Of a stretch of 64,000 nucleotides of DNA, positions 28,776 to 38,641 are shown piece by piece. The notes beneath the pieces were generated by a model that saw only the letters and a program-made list of their open reading frames with translations, ran no database searches and had not been told where the DNA came from. The DNA comes from an uncultured Spirochaetota bacterium (GTDB lineage Bacteria; Spirochaetota; Brevinematia; Brevinematales; JAOACQ01). Made by a program: the position numbers and the translations under genes. Position 1 is the first letter of the stretch. Each line of letters opens with the position of its first letter. The DNA is taken from assembly GCA_963768055.1 (NCBI GenBank), contig CAVYGN010000002.1, forward strand, positions 896,001-960,000, written 5' to 3'.

Positions 28776-29180
28776 TTATTCATTATTCGGAATTTTTAAC
28801 CTGTCGCCGGCATTTATCCGATTCAATATTTCATTAGCGTTCTTGGCCATGTCCCCTGCTTTTATCATATTGTCCCTGTTCACCGCTGTAATGCTGTTAA
28901 ACCTGTTTAGATAAAAAACCGCTTCGGGTTTACCGGGTCTCTCATATCCCCGTAAATCTTTTTTACTATATTGCCGTTCTGGTCGTAAAGTGTGAGGTCG
29001 GGCCTCAACTTTTCGGCGTAAATGAAATAAAGGCTGCCGAATTATTATACATATCATTCAGGGAAACATGCAATTCCCCAAAAGTATGATTTATGGAGAA
29101 AAGACATCTGCCGTAAAGTTCTGCTCTGCCCTGCGCCGTAAATGATAAAGCATATCGATTGAAAACGCCTGAAAAAAATA
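28776..29180 (-). pseudogene. Probable gene remnant with LysM-like C-terminus
   Basis: Protein-like fragments in different frames (DLTLYDQNGNIVKKIYGD; NANEILNRINAGDRLKIP), no clear start. Confidence 0.35.
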
Positions 29181-29237
29181 TGTCCGCTTGTTACTATTGA
29201 TTATTATAACTAATATATTATTATTAACCGGGGTAAT

Positions 29238-30212
29238 ATGATAGAGTTTTTATTCAGGCCTTGCAAATTTATATTTACGATATTAATATTCGCTGTCTAT
29301 TCATGCCAGTTATTCGTTCCGCCGGGAGCTCTCAACTCAATGAACTCGTCTTCGTCAAGCAGCTCATCCTCTTCCGGCCCTGCCGTATTCACTGTCTATA
29401 CTGCGGGGCAGGACGCCGCAGGGAACGCCTGCTACTGGACTGGCACGGCCGAGACGCCGCTGCTGACGACGGGCGGCGGATATGCCAGCTCGATTTTTGT
29501 ATATAACGGAGCCGTTTTAACCTCGGGGTACGACTCCTTTGTGACCGGCTGTTTCTGGACGGGAATGATCGAGATACCGTTGACGGCAGCCGGCGGATTT
29601 GCTTACTCGGTCTTTGTAGCCAACGGCACTACCTATACGGCCGGGTATGACGGCGGCGGGAACGCCTGCTACTGGACGGGTACGGTCGAAACACCTTTGA
29701 CTGCGGGCGGCGGAACAGCAAATTCGATTTTTGTTTACAGCGGCATAGTCTTCACTGCAGGATATGACGCAAGCGGGAACGCCTGCTACTGGATGAATAC
29801 CGCCGAATTCCCTTTAGCCGCGGGCGGCGGAATAGCATACTCGGTCTTTGTCGATAGCGGCATTGTCTATACAGCGGGATTTGACGCAATCGGCAACGCC
29901 TGCTACTGGACGGGAACCACCGAAACCCCGTTAGCCCAGGGCAGCGCGATTGCATACTCGGTCTTTGTAACCAACGGCACGGTCTATACCGCTGGTATAG
30001 ACGCTGCCGGGAACGCCTGCTACTGGACGGGAAATGTCGAAACTATGTTAGCCGCAATTCCCGCAGTTGCAAACTCGATCTTTGTATATAACGGCACTGT
30101 CTTTACCGCAGGGTTTGATACCGGTTTGAACGCCTGCTACTGGATAGGAACGGCCGAGACTCTTTTAGCGACAAGCCCCGGAGTTGCGGCATCGATCTTT
30201 GTAACGCCTTAA
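29238..30212 (+). CDS. Lipoprotein with seven ~39-aa repeats (predicted 7-bladed beta-propeller)
   Basis: VYSC lipobox, poly-Ser linker, repeats VYTAGxDxxGNACYWxGxxETPL...AxSxFV; AACGCCTGCTACTGG in 6 of 7 units at ~117-bp period. Confidence 0.85.
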   Translation: MIEFLFRPCKFIFTILIFAVYSCQLFVPPGALNSMNSSSSSSSSSSGPAVFTVYTAGQDAAGNACYWTGTAETPLLTTGGGYASSIFVYNGAVLTSGYDSFVTGCFWTGMIEIPLTAAGGFAYSVFVANGTTYTAGYDGGGNACYWTGTVETPLTAGGGTANSIFVYSGIVFTAGYDASGNACYWMNTAEFPLAAGGGIAYSVFVDSGIVYTAGFDAIGNACYWTGTTETPLAQGSAIAYSVFVTNGTVYTAGIDAAGNACYWTGNVETMLAAIPAVANSIFVYNGTVFTAGFDTGLNACYWIGTAETLLATSPGVAASIFVTP

Positions 30213-30222
30213 TCTAAAAAAT

Positions 30223-30251
30223 TTGCAAATCATAATATTAATCTTTATAAT
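30223..30251 (+). promoter_or_regulatory. Sigma70-type promoter of aroA
   Basis: TTGCAA-17bp-TATAAT. Confidence 0.65.
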
Positions 30252-30284
30252 CTTTACCCCCTGGTTATTGATAAGGATAAATCT

Positions 30285-31580
30285 ATGAGCGGAGCATATC
30301 CGGTACATCCCTATAAAAAGGGTGTCTTGAAAGCCGAGGTAAGCCTGCCCGGATCGAAAAGCATAACGAACCGGGCTCTCTTGCTTGCGGCCCTTGCAGA
30401 GGGAGAAACGAGGCTTTTTAATTTTCTTTTTTCAGACGATACTCTCTTCATGGCAAAAGCCCTTGTGCAGGCAGGGATTTCTATAAATCCCGATAAAAGT
30501 AAAAATGCCTGCGTGGTCGGAGGAGGACGGCTGCCTGTGGGGCCTCAATCGTTCTTTCTCGGCAACGCAGGGACCGCAATGCGGTTTTTAACCGCATATT
30601 TTACTCTGGGAAAGGGGGAATTCTACCTTGACGGGGACATGAGAATGCGGCAGCGCCCGATAAAAGACCTGCTGGACGCTCTCACCGAACTCGGATGCAA
30701 TATAAAATCCGAAAATCCGGACGGATGCCCCCCGGTCATTATAAATGCCGGAGGTCTTCAGGGCGGACACTGCACGGTGGCCGGGGAAAACTCGAGCCAG
30801 TATATTTCATCCCTTTTAATGGCCTCTCCCTGCGCCAGGGAAACGGTAAGGATAGAAACGGCCGGAAAGGTATCCTCGGGGCCTTATGTGGATATGACTC
30901 TCGGCATGATGGATCAGTTCGGAGTAAAATGCCTAAGAAACGGCTACAGGGAATTCCTGACCTCCCCCGCAAGATATTCAAATCTCCCGGAATACATAAT
31001 CGAACCTGACGCATCGAGTTCTTCATATTTCCTGGCTGCTGCGGCTATACTTGGAGGCGAAATTACACTTAAGGGTCTCGGTTCCGGCTCCATACAGGGG
31101 GATATAAGGTTTGCCTCGGTCCTTGAAAAAATGGGCTGCGAAGTCGATATAGGACCGGACAGCATCAGGCTGGCCTCGGACGGGAGGTTAAGGGGTATAA
31201 GCGAGGATATGAACGATATCCCTGACATGGCCCCGACGCTTGCCGTATGCGCCCTGTTCGCGGACGGGCCGACAGAAATTAAAAATGTGCCTAACCTGAG
31301 AATAAAAGAAAGCGACAGGATAAGCGCTCTTTCAGCCGAGTTAAAAAAACTCGGGGCTGAAATAACGGAAAATATCGACGGTCTTGAAATTTTTCCGAGG
31401 GCCCTTTATAATAGCGCGGTAATAAATACATATAACGACCATAGGATAGCAATGTCCTTTTCAATAGCCGGTTTAAAGATCGAAGGGATTGAAATTGACA
31501 ACCCCTCATGCGTGTCGAAAACTTTTCCCGATTTCTTTTTTTATTTCGGCAGGATTTTTGATAATCCTCTTAATTTTTGA
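30285..31580 (+). CDS. aroA: EPSP synthase
   Basis: LPGSKSITNR, GNAGTAMR, SSQY, RIKESDR, DHRIAM, KTFP. Confidence 0.96.
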   Translation: MSGAYPVHPYKKGVLKAEVSLPGSKSITNRALLLAALAEGETRLFNFLFSDDTLFMAKALVQAGISINPDKSKNACVVGGGRLPVGPQSFFLGNAGTAMRFLTAYFTLGKGEFYLDGDMRMRQRPIKDLLDALTELGCNIKSENPDGCPPVIINAGGLQGGHCTVAGENSSQYISSLLMASPCARETVRIETAGKVSSGPYVDMTLGMMDQFGVKCLRNGYREFLTSPARYSNLPEYIIEPDASSSSYFLAAAAILGGEITLKGLGSGSIQGDIRFASVLEKMGCEVDIGPDSIRLASDGRLRGISEDMNDIPDMAPTLAVCALFADGPTEIKNVPNLRIKESDRISALSAELKKLGAEITENIDGLEIFPRALYNSAVINTYNDHRIAMSFSIAGLKIEGIEIDNPSCVSKTFPDFFFYFGRIFDNPLNF

Positions 31581-31606
31581 CATTTTTTCAAGATAAGTAG
31601 TATAAT
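31577..31606 (+). promoter_or_regulatory. Sigma70 promoter of the tRNA-Thr/rpmG/secE block
   Basis: TTGACA-18bp-TATAAT just upstream of tRNA-Thr. Confidence 0.75.
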
Positions 31607-31620
31607 AAAAGATGCTTCAA

Positions 31621-31693
31621 GCCCATATAGCTCAGCTGGTAGAGCACCTCCATGGTAAGGAGGGGGTCGGCGGTTCAATCCCGCCTGTGGGCT
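31621..31693 (+). tRNA. tRNA-Thr(GGT), CCA not encoded
   Basis: Acceptor GCCCATA/TGTGGGC, anticodon stem CCTCC/GGAGG with loop ATGGTAA, T arm GGCGG-TTCAATC-CCGCC. Confidence 0.95.
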
Positions 31694-31719
31694 AATGGAA
31701 ATTGTGATGGGGTGTAATT

Positions 31720-31872
31720 ATGCAAATTGTAACTCTTGAATGCGAGGTCTGCGGGGAGAGGTTTTACACAACCAATAAAACTAAAGAAATGGTGCAACAG
31801 AGGGTCAAACTCCATTTAAAAAAATATTGCCCCCGCTGCAGAAAGCATACGGCCCAAAAGGAAGTAAAATAA
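31720..31872 (+). CDS. rpmG: 50S ribosomal protein bL33 (Zn-binding type)
   Basis: Manual translation [20 protein letters not shown]...[18 protein letters not shown] (50 aa, below ORF cutoff). Confidence 0.93.
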   Translation: MQIVTLECEVCGERFYTTNKTKEMVQQRVKLHLKKYCPRCRKHTAQKEVK

Positions 31873-31910
31873 TACCGCCGGTAAGAAAAACGGTTTTTAG
31901 TAATAAAAAT

Positions 31911-31983
31911 AGGCCTGTAGCTCAATTGGCAGAGTAGCGGTCTCCAAAACCGTTGGTTGGGGGTTCGATTCCCTCCAGGCCTG
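31911..31983 (+). tRNA. tRNA-Trp(CCA), CCA end not encoded
   Basis: Acceptor AGGCCTG/CAGGCCT, anticodon loop CTCCAAA, GGTTCGATTCC T arm; canonical position before secE. Confidence 0.95.
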
Positions 31984-32001
31984 ATTACCAGGAGTTTAAT
32001 T

Positions 32002-32244
32002 ATGGCATTATTGATTAATTGGATTTTTGCCGGTGTGACGGTTATTGTGGCTGTTATAATATTATTCTATAGAAGAGTTTTTGTAAGGGAAAGCTATCAG
32101 GAACTGAAAAAAGTCACCTGGCCTACAAGGGAACTGGCGCTTAATTCATCCCTGGTGACTATAGGTTTTGTCGTCGGATTCTCACTGATGCTGGCTCTTC
32201 TCGATTACATTGTAAATTTAGTCACAAAGGGTCTGGTTAGATAA
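32002..32244 (+). CDS. secE: Preprotein translocase SecE
   Basis: ELKKVTWPTR motif plus TM; AGGAG RBS; extra N-terminal TM. Confidence 0.93.
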   Translation: MALLINWIFAGVTVIVAVIILFYRRVFVRESYQELKKVTWPTRELALNSSLVTIGFVVGFSLMLALLDYIVNLVTKGLVR

Positions 32245-32245
32245 A

Positions 32246-32806
32246 ATGGCAAGAGGATGGTTCGTTATCCAGGTCTACACCGGGTATGAAAAGAGGACAA
32301 TGAATGATCTCATTGCTAAAAAGAATAACGGCTCTCTTAAAGATATTCTTATAGATGTAAGAGTGCCCGAGGAAGAGTACGTTGTAGAAAAGAAAAATAA
32401 AAAGATAGTTAAAAAAAGAAATCTTTACCCCGGCTATATCCTTGCGGAACTTGATTTTCCTGATGACGATACCGCCTGGAAAAAGGTTTATTCCGAGATA
32501 AGATCGGTTACCGGGGTGGGGATGTTTTTAACAGCGGGCGGAGGGAATAAAAAGCCGTCCCCGCTGGCTTACGAAGACGTTAAATCGATCTTCGAGAAAA
32601 CCGGAGAGATAAAGCCTCATCTGGCAAAGCTGGAATCGGGATATTCAGTCGGGGAAAAAGTGAAGATAAATGCCGGCCCCTTCCGTGATTTTGAGGGAGA
32701 GGTCCAGGAAATACATAACGATAAAAACAGTCTTACGGTCAGAGTGGAAATTTTCGGAAGGCTTACACCGGTGGAACTGGATTTTAGCCAGGTCCAGAGG
32801 ATTTAA
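32246..32806 (+). CDS. nusG: Transcription factor NusG
   Basis: WFVIQVYTGYE, YPGY, KOW GPFRDFEG, IFGRLTPVEL. Confidence 0.96.
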   Translation: MARGWFVIQVYTGYEKRTMNDLIAKKNNGSLKDILIDVRVPEEEYVVEKKNKKIVKKRNLYPGYILAELDFPDDDTAWKKVYSEIRSVTGVGMFLTAGGGNKKPSPLAYEDVKSIFEKTGEIKPHLAKLESGYSVGEKVKINAGPFRDFEGEVQEIHNDKNSLTVRVEIFGRLTPVELDFSQVQRI

Positions 32807-32831
32807 AACGGCCTTAAAAAGGAGATGTTAA

Positions 32832-33266
32832 ATGGCGCCTAAAACTAAAAAATTAAAAGCGGTTGTTAAGCTGCAGATACCGGCAGGACAGGCCAATCCG
32901 GCCCCTCCGGTCGGAACGGCTCTAGGGCCGCATGGCATCCCTCTCATGGATTTTTGCAAGCAGTTCAACGAAGCTACTAAAGATAAAGCCGGGTTCGTGA
33001 TACCGGTTGTTTTAAATGTATATGAGGATAGGACTTTCACCTTTATTACCAAGACCCCCCCAGCCTCGAACTTGATTAAAAAGGAACTCGGCCTTGAAAA
33101 GGGTTCCTCAGAATCGAATAAACAGAAAGTCGGTAAAATTACCATGGATCAGCTGAAGAAAATCGCACAGATTAAGATGCAGGATTTAAACGCCAAGGAT
33201 ATTGACGCTGCGGCCCGGATTATAGGGGGAACTGCAAGGAATATGGGAATCGAGCTGGAGGGTTAG
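32832..33266 (+). CDS. rplK: uL11
   Basis: [27 protein letters not shown]. Confidence 0.97.
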   Translation: MAPKTKKLKAVVKLQIPAGQANPAPPVGTALGPHGIPLMDFCKQFNEATKDKAGFVIPVVLNVYEDRTFTFITKTPPASNLIKKELGLEKGSSESNKQKVGKITMDQLKKIAQIKMQDLNAKDIDAAARIIGGTARNMGIELEG

Positions 33267-33980
33267 ATGAAAAGATTGGTTAAGAACGGCGTAGAATTTA
33301 AGGGTGGAAAAAGATATCTTTCTTTAATAGAAAAAAACGATCTATTCAAGATGTACGGTTTTGATGAAGCATGCAAGATCGTCAAGGAAATTGCAACTGC
33401 GAAATTTGAAGAGTCGATAGATCTCAGCTATAAGCTCAATATCAAGCAGAAGCACACTATAAGGGACGTGGTTGTATTGCCCCATTCGATAGGGAAAGTC
33501 GTGCGGGTTCTCGTATTCGCAAGCGGAGAAAAAGCCCTCGAGGCCCAGCGGGCAGGAGCCGATTTTGTCGGAGGGGAAGAATTAGTCGAAAAGATAACCG
33601 GAGGATGGCTGGATTTTGACGCGGTTCTCGCCACACCCGATATGATGAAAAGTTTGGGTAAAATCGCTCCGATCCTCGGAAGGCGTAAGATGATGCCTAA
33701 TCCGAAAACCGGGACTGTGACCATGGATATTACAAGGGTTGTTAAAGAATCCAAGGCGGGCAAGGTCGAAATCAGGGCTGATAAAACCGGCAACGTTCAT
33801 GTGGTTGTCGGTAAGAAATCACTGACGGATCAGGACCTTTACGAAAACGCATTCGCGATCCACAAAGTCCTCATTAAAAATAAACCCGCTGACCTTAAAG
33901 GTGATTATATAAAAACAATGGCCCTGTCCCCTACCATGGGGCCGGCGGTAAAAGTTGATTTCAAAAAAATCGCCGTTTAG
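33267..33980 (+). CDS. rplA: uL1
   Basis: [26 protein letters not shown]. Confidence 0.97.
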   Translation: MKRLVKNGVEFKGGKRYLSLIEKNDLFKMYGFDEACKIVKEIATAKFEESIDLSYKLNIKQKHTIRDVVVLPHSIGKVVRVLVFASGEKALEAQRAGADFVGGEELVEKITGGWLDFDAVLATPDMMKSLGKIAPILGRRKMMPNPKTGTVTMDITRVVKESKAGKVEIRADKTGNVHVVVGKKSLTDQDLYENAFAIHKVLIKNKPADLKGDYIKTMALSPTMGPAVKVDFKKIAV

Positions 33981-34026
33981 AAGCCAAACTAAGGATATAT
34001 TCTAAAAATTGATAAGGATGGTATAT

Positions 34027-34545
34027 ATGCCAAGTCCGGAAAAAATTAATTTTGTCAAAGAAATAAAAGAGGATTTCAATGGTATAGATGGTATTGTCCT
34101 GGCCGATTTTAAAGGGCTCTCCGTTCTTGAGCAGGACGAATTGAGAAGGAAAGTGGATAAAGAAGGCGGCCAGGCCAGGGTTATAAAGAACAGGCTTTTG
34201 ATAAAGGCCCTTGAGGGATCGAAAATCGACGGCCTGAATGCATTTTTAAAAAATAATACCATAGTTTTTACCTCGAAAAACGATATTTTGGGACTTCTAA
34301 AAGTAATTTCCGCGTTTTCAAAAAATCATGAAAAATTTGTCCTGAAGGGCGGCTTTCTTGACGGAAGATCTTTTGACAGGGAAGGAATTATGGTTATGGC
34401 CCAGCTTCCTTCGCGAAAGGAACTTCTGGCCCAGATTGCCGGCGGGCTGAATTCCATGATCGGGAATTTTGTCGGCGTGTTAAATGGCATTATGACAAAA
34501 TTCATAGGCACGATAGAAGCTATTGAAAAGAAAAAAAGCGAATAA
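34027..34545 (+). CDS. rplJ: uL10
   Basis: DFKGLSV, ELR, IKNRL, LKGG, LPSRKEL; synteny. Confidence 0.95.
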   Translation: MPSPEKINFVKEIKEDFNGIDGIVLADFKGLSVLEQDELRRKVDKEGGQARVIKNRLLIKALEGSKIDGLNAFLKNNTIVFTSKNDILGLLKVISAFSKNHEKFVLKGGFLDGRSFDREGIMVMAQLPSRKELLAQIAGGLNSMIGNFVGVLNGIMTKFIGTIEAIEKKKSE

Positions 34546-34573
34546 CAAATAAAATAAGATAAGGAGTAATAAC

Positions 34574-34963
34574 ATGGCTGAAAATAAGATCCAGGAAGTA
34601 ATCGATCTGATTTCAAACATGACGGTAGTGGAACTGAATGAGCTCAGAAAAACAATGGAAGAAAAATTTGATGTTAAGGCTGCGGCCCCGGTTGCATTTG
34701 CAGCACCGGTCGCCGGCGGAGCCTCGGCTGCTGCCGTGGCTGAAGAAGCATCGACATTTTCAGTGTTCATAAAAGATCCGGGAGCTAAGAAGATCGAAGT
34801 TATTAAAGTGGTTAGAAATATTACCGGCCTTGCCTTAAAGGAAGCGAAGGAACTTGCGGAAAATGCCGGGAAGGCGCCTTTAAAGGAAAACCTTTCCAAG
34901 GCTGACGCGGAAAAGCTCAAAAAAGAGCTTGAGGATGCCGGAGCTGTTGTTGAACTTAAGTAA
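34574..34963 (+). CDS. rplL: bL12 (L7/L12)
   Basis: MTVVELNEL, Ala hinge, [19 protein letters not shown]. Confidence 0.97.
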   Translation: MAENKIQEVIDLISNMTVVELNELRKTMEEKFDVKAAAPVAFAAPVAGGASAAAVAEEASTFSVFIKDPGAKKIEVIKVVRNITGLALKEAKELAENAGKAPLKENLSKADAEKLKKELEDAGAVVELK

Positions 34964-35022
34964 AAAAATATCTTTTCTAATATTGTATCATATCCTTTGT
35001 ATTATATGTGGTGTTGTTCACT

Positions 35023-35057
35023 CTTCCCCTTCGCTTAAAGAAGGGGAAGTCGTTTTT
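35023..35057 (+). terminator. Hairpin terminator/attenuator between rplL and rpoB
   Basis: CTTCCCCTTC-GCTTAAA-GAAGGGGAAG followed by TCGTTTTT. Confidence 0.65.
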
Positions 35058-35086
35058 ATCCAATAAATAAATCGGGGGATTTTAAT

Positions 35087-38000
35087 ATGATAACGAGCCA
35101 GGAAAGGATTTCTTTCGCGAAAAATAAAGACAGGGCCCCTCTTCCTGATTTACTGGATATTCAGCTTCGCTCATTTAAAGATTTTTTGCAGATAGATAAA
35201 AAGCCGAATGAAAGGGAAAAAAAGGGCCTGCAATATGTATTCAGCAACTTTTTCCCGATTGAGGGTGCGAATGGCGAAATAATCATTGAATATGTCGGTT
35301 ACGATGTAGGAAACTTCAAATACACGGAAGATGAATGTTTCGATAAAAATCTGACATACAGCGTACCTGTAAAGGCCATTTTTCGCCTGATCGACCGTAA
35401 GACAGGGGAAATTAAGGAAAAGGACATATACATCGGCGACTTTCCCTTGATGACCAAACGGGGGACTTTTATTTTTAACGGCGCCGAAAGGGTCGTCGTA
35501 AATCAGATATATAAATCTCCCGGTGTGCTTTTCAGTTATAAAAACAAAGAATATTCTTCTAAAATTGTCCCGGAAAAAGGGTCCTGGCTGGAATTCATAA
35601 TCGATACCAAGAAGGACCTTATGTATGTCCGCATCGATTCGAGGAGAAAAGTTCTTGTTACGATGTTCCTTCGGGCGCTTGAATTAAGCACTTCGGACAT
35701 TATCAATGCATTCTTCAAGATAAGGAAAATCGACCTCTCGCGTATAGAGAAAGACGAGGCGATAACCCGGCTTGTCGGCAGATATGTCGCTGAAGACGTT
35801 CTGGACGATGAAAATAATATAATAGTCGGCGCCATTGAAAAATTATTCCCCAACAGCATCAACCAGCTTTACCAGAAAGGAAAAACAATTATTAAAATAA
35901 TTGACCCGAAATCCGTGGTTGAGAACAGGCCCCTTATAAACACGCTGGAAAAAGACGACACGAAAGACGCGGTCAATAAAGCCATTAAAAAAATATACAG
36001 TATTCTTCATCCGGGCGAAGCCGCGCCTCTGGAAAGCATCGTCAGGGAACTCCACAATATGTTCTTCGGTCCCAAAATGTATGACCTGGGAGAGGTCGGC
36101 AGGTACAAACTGGTATTAAAACTCTACCCTGAATTGAACCAGGATGAAAAAAGGGCCCTGATAGAACAGAGGACCCTTTCATATGAGGATATCAACAGGA
36201 CATTACAGCACCTGATCAAGGTTTATAATAAACAGACTAGCCTGGACGATGTCGACCATCTGGGAAACAGGAGGGTTAGAAATGTTAACGAACTCCTGGT
36301 CAACCAGCTTGTTTCAGCCTTTACAAAGGTGGAAAAATCCATCCATGAAAAGCTTTCGTCGCGGGAAATTGAAGATCTGACTCCGCAAAGCATCATAGCT
36401 ATCAAACCTATCGTATCCGCTTTGAATGATTTCTTTGGAATGAGCCAGCTTTCTCAGTTTATGGACCAGACGAATCCGATTTCCGAGCTGACGCATAAGA
36501 GAAGGCTTTCGGCGTTAGGGCCCGGCGGTCTTTCCAGGGACAGAGCCGGATTTGAGGTCCGTGACGTTCATAATACCCATTACGGAAGGGTCTGCCCGAT
36601 TGAAACCCCTGAAGGGCCGAATATCGGACTGATAGTTTCTCTTGCGACTTACGCGAATGTCAATTCTTACGGTTTTTTGGAAACCCCGTATGTAGTAATT
36701 AAAAACAGAAAAGTTACTGATGAGATCAAGTATCTTTCAGCTACTGAAGAAGAAAATTATTATATTGCGCAGGCAAATGCAAAATTAAGCCCGGCGGGCG
36801 ATATTCTTGAAGATTTCGTTCAGGCAAGATTCAGGGTTGAATTTGAATTGGCACCCAGCGATAAGATCCAGTTAATGGATGTGTCGCCCAAACAGATATT
36901 GTCCGTTTCGGCATCAATAATACCGTTCATCGAACATGACGATGCGAACCGGGCCCTTATGGGATCTAACATGCAGCGGCAGGCTGTTCCGCTTCTCTCT
37001 TCAGACGCACCGATTGTCGGTACCGGTATGGAATATTATGTGGCAAGGGATTCGAGGGCGGTCGTGCTCAGTGAAGAAGCAGGGAAAATAGTTAAAGTCG
37101 ATTCGGAAAGCATCATACTGCAGGATTCGTCCAAAACACTTCATAATTATAATCTGGTTAAGTTTAGAAGAACAAATCAGGATACAAGCTTCAATCAAAA
37201 ACCGATAGTTAATGAGGGCGATGTTATAAAAAAGGGAGACGTTCTTGCAGACGGTTTCGCAAGCGAGGGCGGGGAGCTTGCTCTCGGCAAAAACATCCTT
37301 GTGGCTTTTATGCCCTGGAATGGATACAATTATGAAGACGCCGTACTGATCAGCGAAAAACTGCTGAAAAACGACGACTTCACATCCGTATATACCACTG
37401 TCTTTGAATGTAAAGCGCTGGAAACTAAACTTGGCAGTGAAGAGATCACCAACGAGATACCCAATGTAGGGGAAGACGCGATAAGGAACCTTGATGAGAA
37501 CGGAATTATCAGGGTTGGGGCTTATGTAAAACCGGGGGATATCCTCGTGGGGAAAGTCACTCCCAAGGGTGAACCCACTGAAACACCAGAATTCAGGCTG
37601 CTTCATGCAATTTTCGGTGAGAAAGCCAAAGACGTGCGCGATACTTCGCTTCGGGTACCTCATGGCGAAGGCGGCGTTGTTGTCGATGTCAAGGTGTTCA
37701 GTTCAGAAAACGGAGACGAGCTTGCCCCGGGTGTGTTAAAACTTGTAAAAGTATATATGGCAAAAAAAAGAAAAATTAAACCGGGCGATAAGATCGCTGG
37801 CAGGCATGGCAATAAAGGCGTTATATCCCGTGTGCTGGCTGAAGAGGATATGCCTTTCATGCCCGACGGAACGCCGGTAGATATAGTGCTTAACCCGCTA
37901 GGGGTCCCGAGCCGTATGAATATCGGCCAGCTTTTCGACAGCCTTCTCGGCCTGGCTGGATGGAAACTCGGCATTAAATATGAATGCCCGGTATTCGAAG

Positions 38001-38617
38001 GCGCTACCCTCGAAGAAATAGAAGAACAGCTCAAGATCGCCAATGTAAAAATTCAAAAGGAACTTCTGGCTGAAAGAAAGAATTACGGCGATTCCGAAAA
38101 GGAAGTAAACCGCTATTTCGAAAGGATCAAACTCCAGACAGACGGTAAATTTTCATTAAGAGATGGAAAATCCGGCGAGATCTTTGAGAAGCCTGTATTT
38201 GTAGGCGTTATGTATATTATGAAGCTTCATCACATGGTTGACGACAAGATCCATGCCCGCTCTGTCGGTCCTTATTCTCTTGTTACCCAGCAACCTTTGC
38301 GCGGCAAGGCAAATTTCGGGGGCCAGAGACTTGGAGAGATGGAGGTTTGGGCTCTGGAGGCTTATGGAGCGGCCAATCTTTTGCAGGAGATGATGACGAT
38401 CAAATCTGACGATACAGACGGAAGAGTAAGAATATACGAGGGAGTGATCAAGGGTAAATACACCTCCTCGCCGGGCATACCGGAATCTTTCAATGTTCTG
38501 GTTCAGGAACTGAGGGGTCTTGCGCTTGATATACAGGTTTACGATAAAAATGGAAAGCGCGTTCCCTTGAACGATAAAGAAAAAGAACTGATTGATATGA
38601 AAGTTCATCTCATATAA
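35087..38617 (+). CDS. rpoB: RNA polymerase beta subunit
   Basis: SQLSQFMDQTNP, CPIETPEGPNIG, GDKIAGRHGNKG, GGQRLGEME. Confidence 0.99.
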   Translation: MITSQERISFAKNKDRAPLPDLLDIQLRSFKDFLQIDKKPNEREKKGLQYVFSNFFPIEGANGEIIIEYVGYDVGNFKYTEDECFDKNLTYSVPVKAIFRLIDRKTGEIKEKDIYIGDFPLMTKRGTFIFNGAERVVVNQIYKSPGVLFSYKNKEYSSKIVPEKGSWLEFIIDTKKDLMYVRIDSRRKVLVTMFLRALELSTSDIINAFFKIRKIDLSRIEKDEAITRLVGRYVAEDVLDDENNIIVGAIEKLFPNSINQLYQKGKTIIKIIDPKSVVENRPLINTLEKDDTKDAVNKAIKKIYSILHPGEAAPLESIVRELHNMFFGPKMYDLGEVGRYKLVLKLYPELNQDEKRALIEQRTLSYEDINRTLQHLIKVYNKQTSLDDVDHLGNRRVRNVNELLVNQLVSAFTKVEKSIHEKLSSREIEDLTPQSIIAIKPIVSALNDFFGMSQLSQFMDQTNPISELTHKRRLSALGPGGLSRDRAGFEVRDVHNTHYGRVCPIETPEGPNIGLIVSLATYANVNSYGFLETPYVVIKNRKVTDEIKYLSATEEENYYIAQANAKLSPAGDILEDFVQARFRVEFELAPSDKIQLMDVSPKQILSVSASIIPFIEHDDANRALMGSNMQRQAVPLLSSDAPIVGTGMEYYVARDSRAVVLSEEAGKIVKVDSESIILQDSSKTLHNYNLVKFRRTNQDTSFNQKPIVNEGDVIKKGDVLADGFASEGGELALGKNILVAFMPWNGYNYEDAVLISEKLLKNDDFTSVYTTVFECKALETKLGSEEITNEIPNVGEDAIRNLDENGIIRVGAYVKPGDILVGKVTPKGEPTETPEFRLLHAIFGEKAKDVRDTSLRVPHGEGGVVVDVKVFSSENGDELAPGVLKLVKVYMAKKRKIKPGDKIAGRHGNKGVISRVLAEEDMPFMPDGTPVDIVLNPLGVPSRMNIGQLFDSLLGLAGWKLGIKYECPVFEGATLEEIEEQLKIANVKIQKELLAERKNYGDSEKEVNRYFERIKLQTDGKFSLRDGKSGEIFEKPVFVGVMYIMKLHHMVDDKIHARSVGPYSLVTQQPLRGKANFGGQRLGEMEVWALEAYGAANLLQEMMTIKSDDTDGRVRIYEGVIKGKYTSSPGIPESFNVLVQELRGLALDIQVYDKNGKRVPLNDKEKELIDMKVHLI

Positions 38618-38641
38618 GCGTAGAATTAAAGGAGATAAACA

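Noticed and set aside
29390..30210. Regularly spaced AACGCCTGCTACTGG as a CRISPR array or DGR repeat
   Set aside because: In-frame coding repeats at ~117-bp period with homologous spacers; no cas or reverse transcriptase genes.
31957..32001. Longer ORF-track starts for secE, rplJ, rpsL, rplV, rpsE, GH94, aspA and TM1266
   Set aside because: They overlap a tRNA, promoter or upstream gene, or lack an RBS; downstream ATGs have an RBS and match family N-termini.
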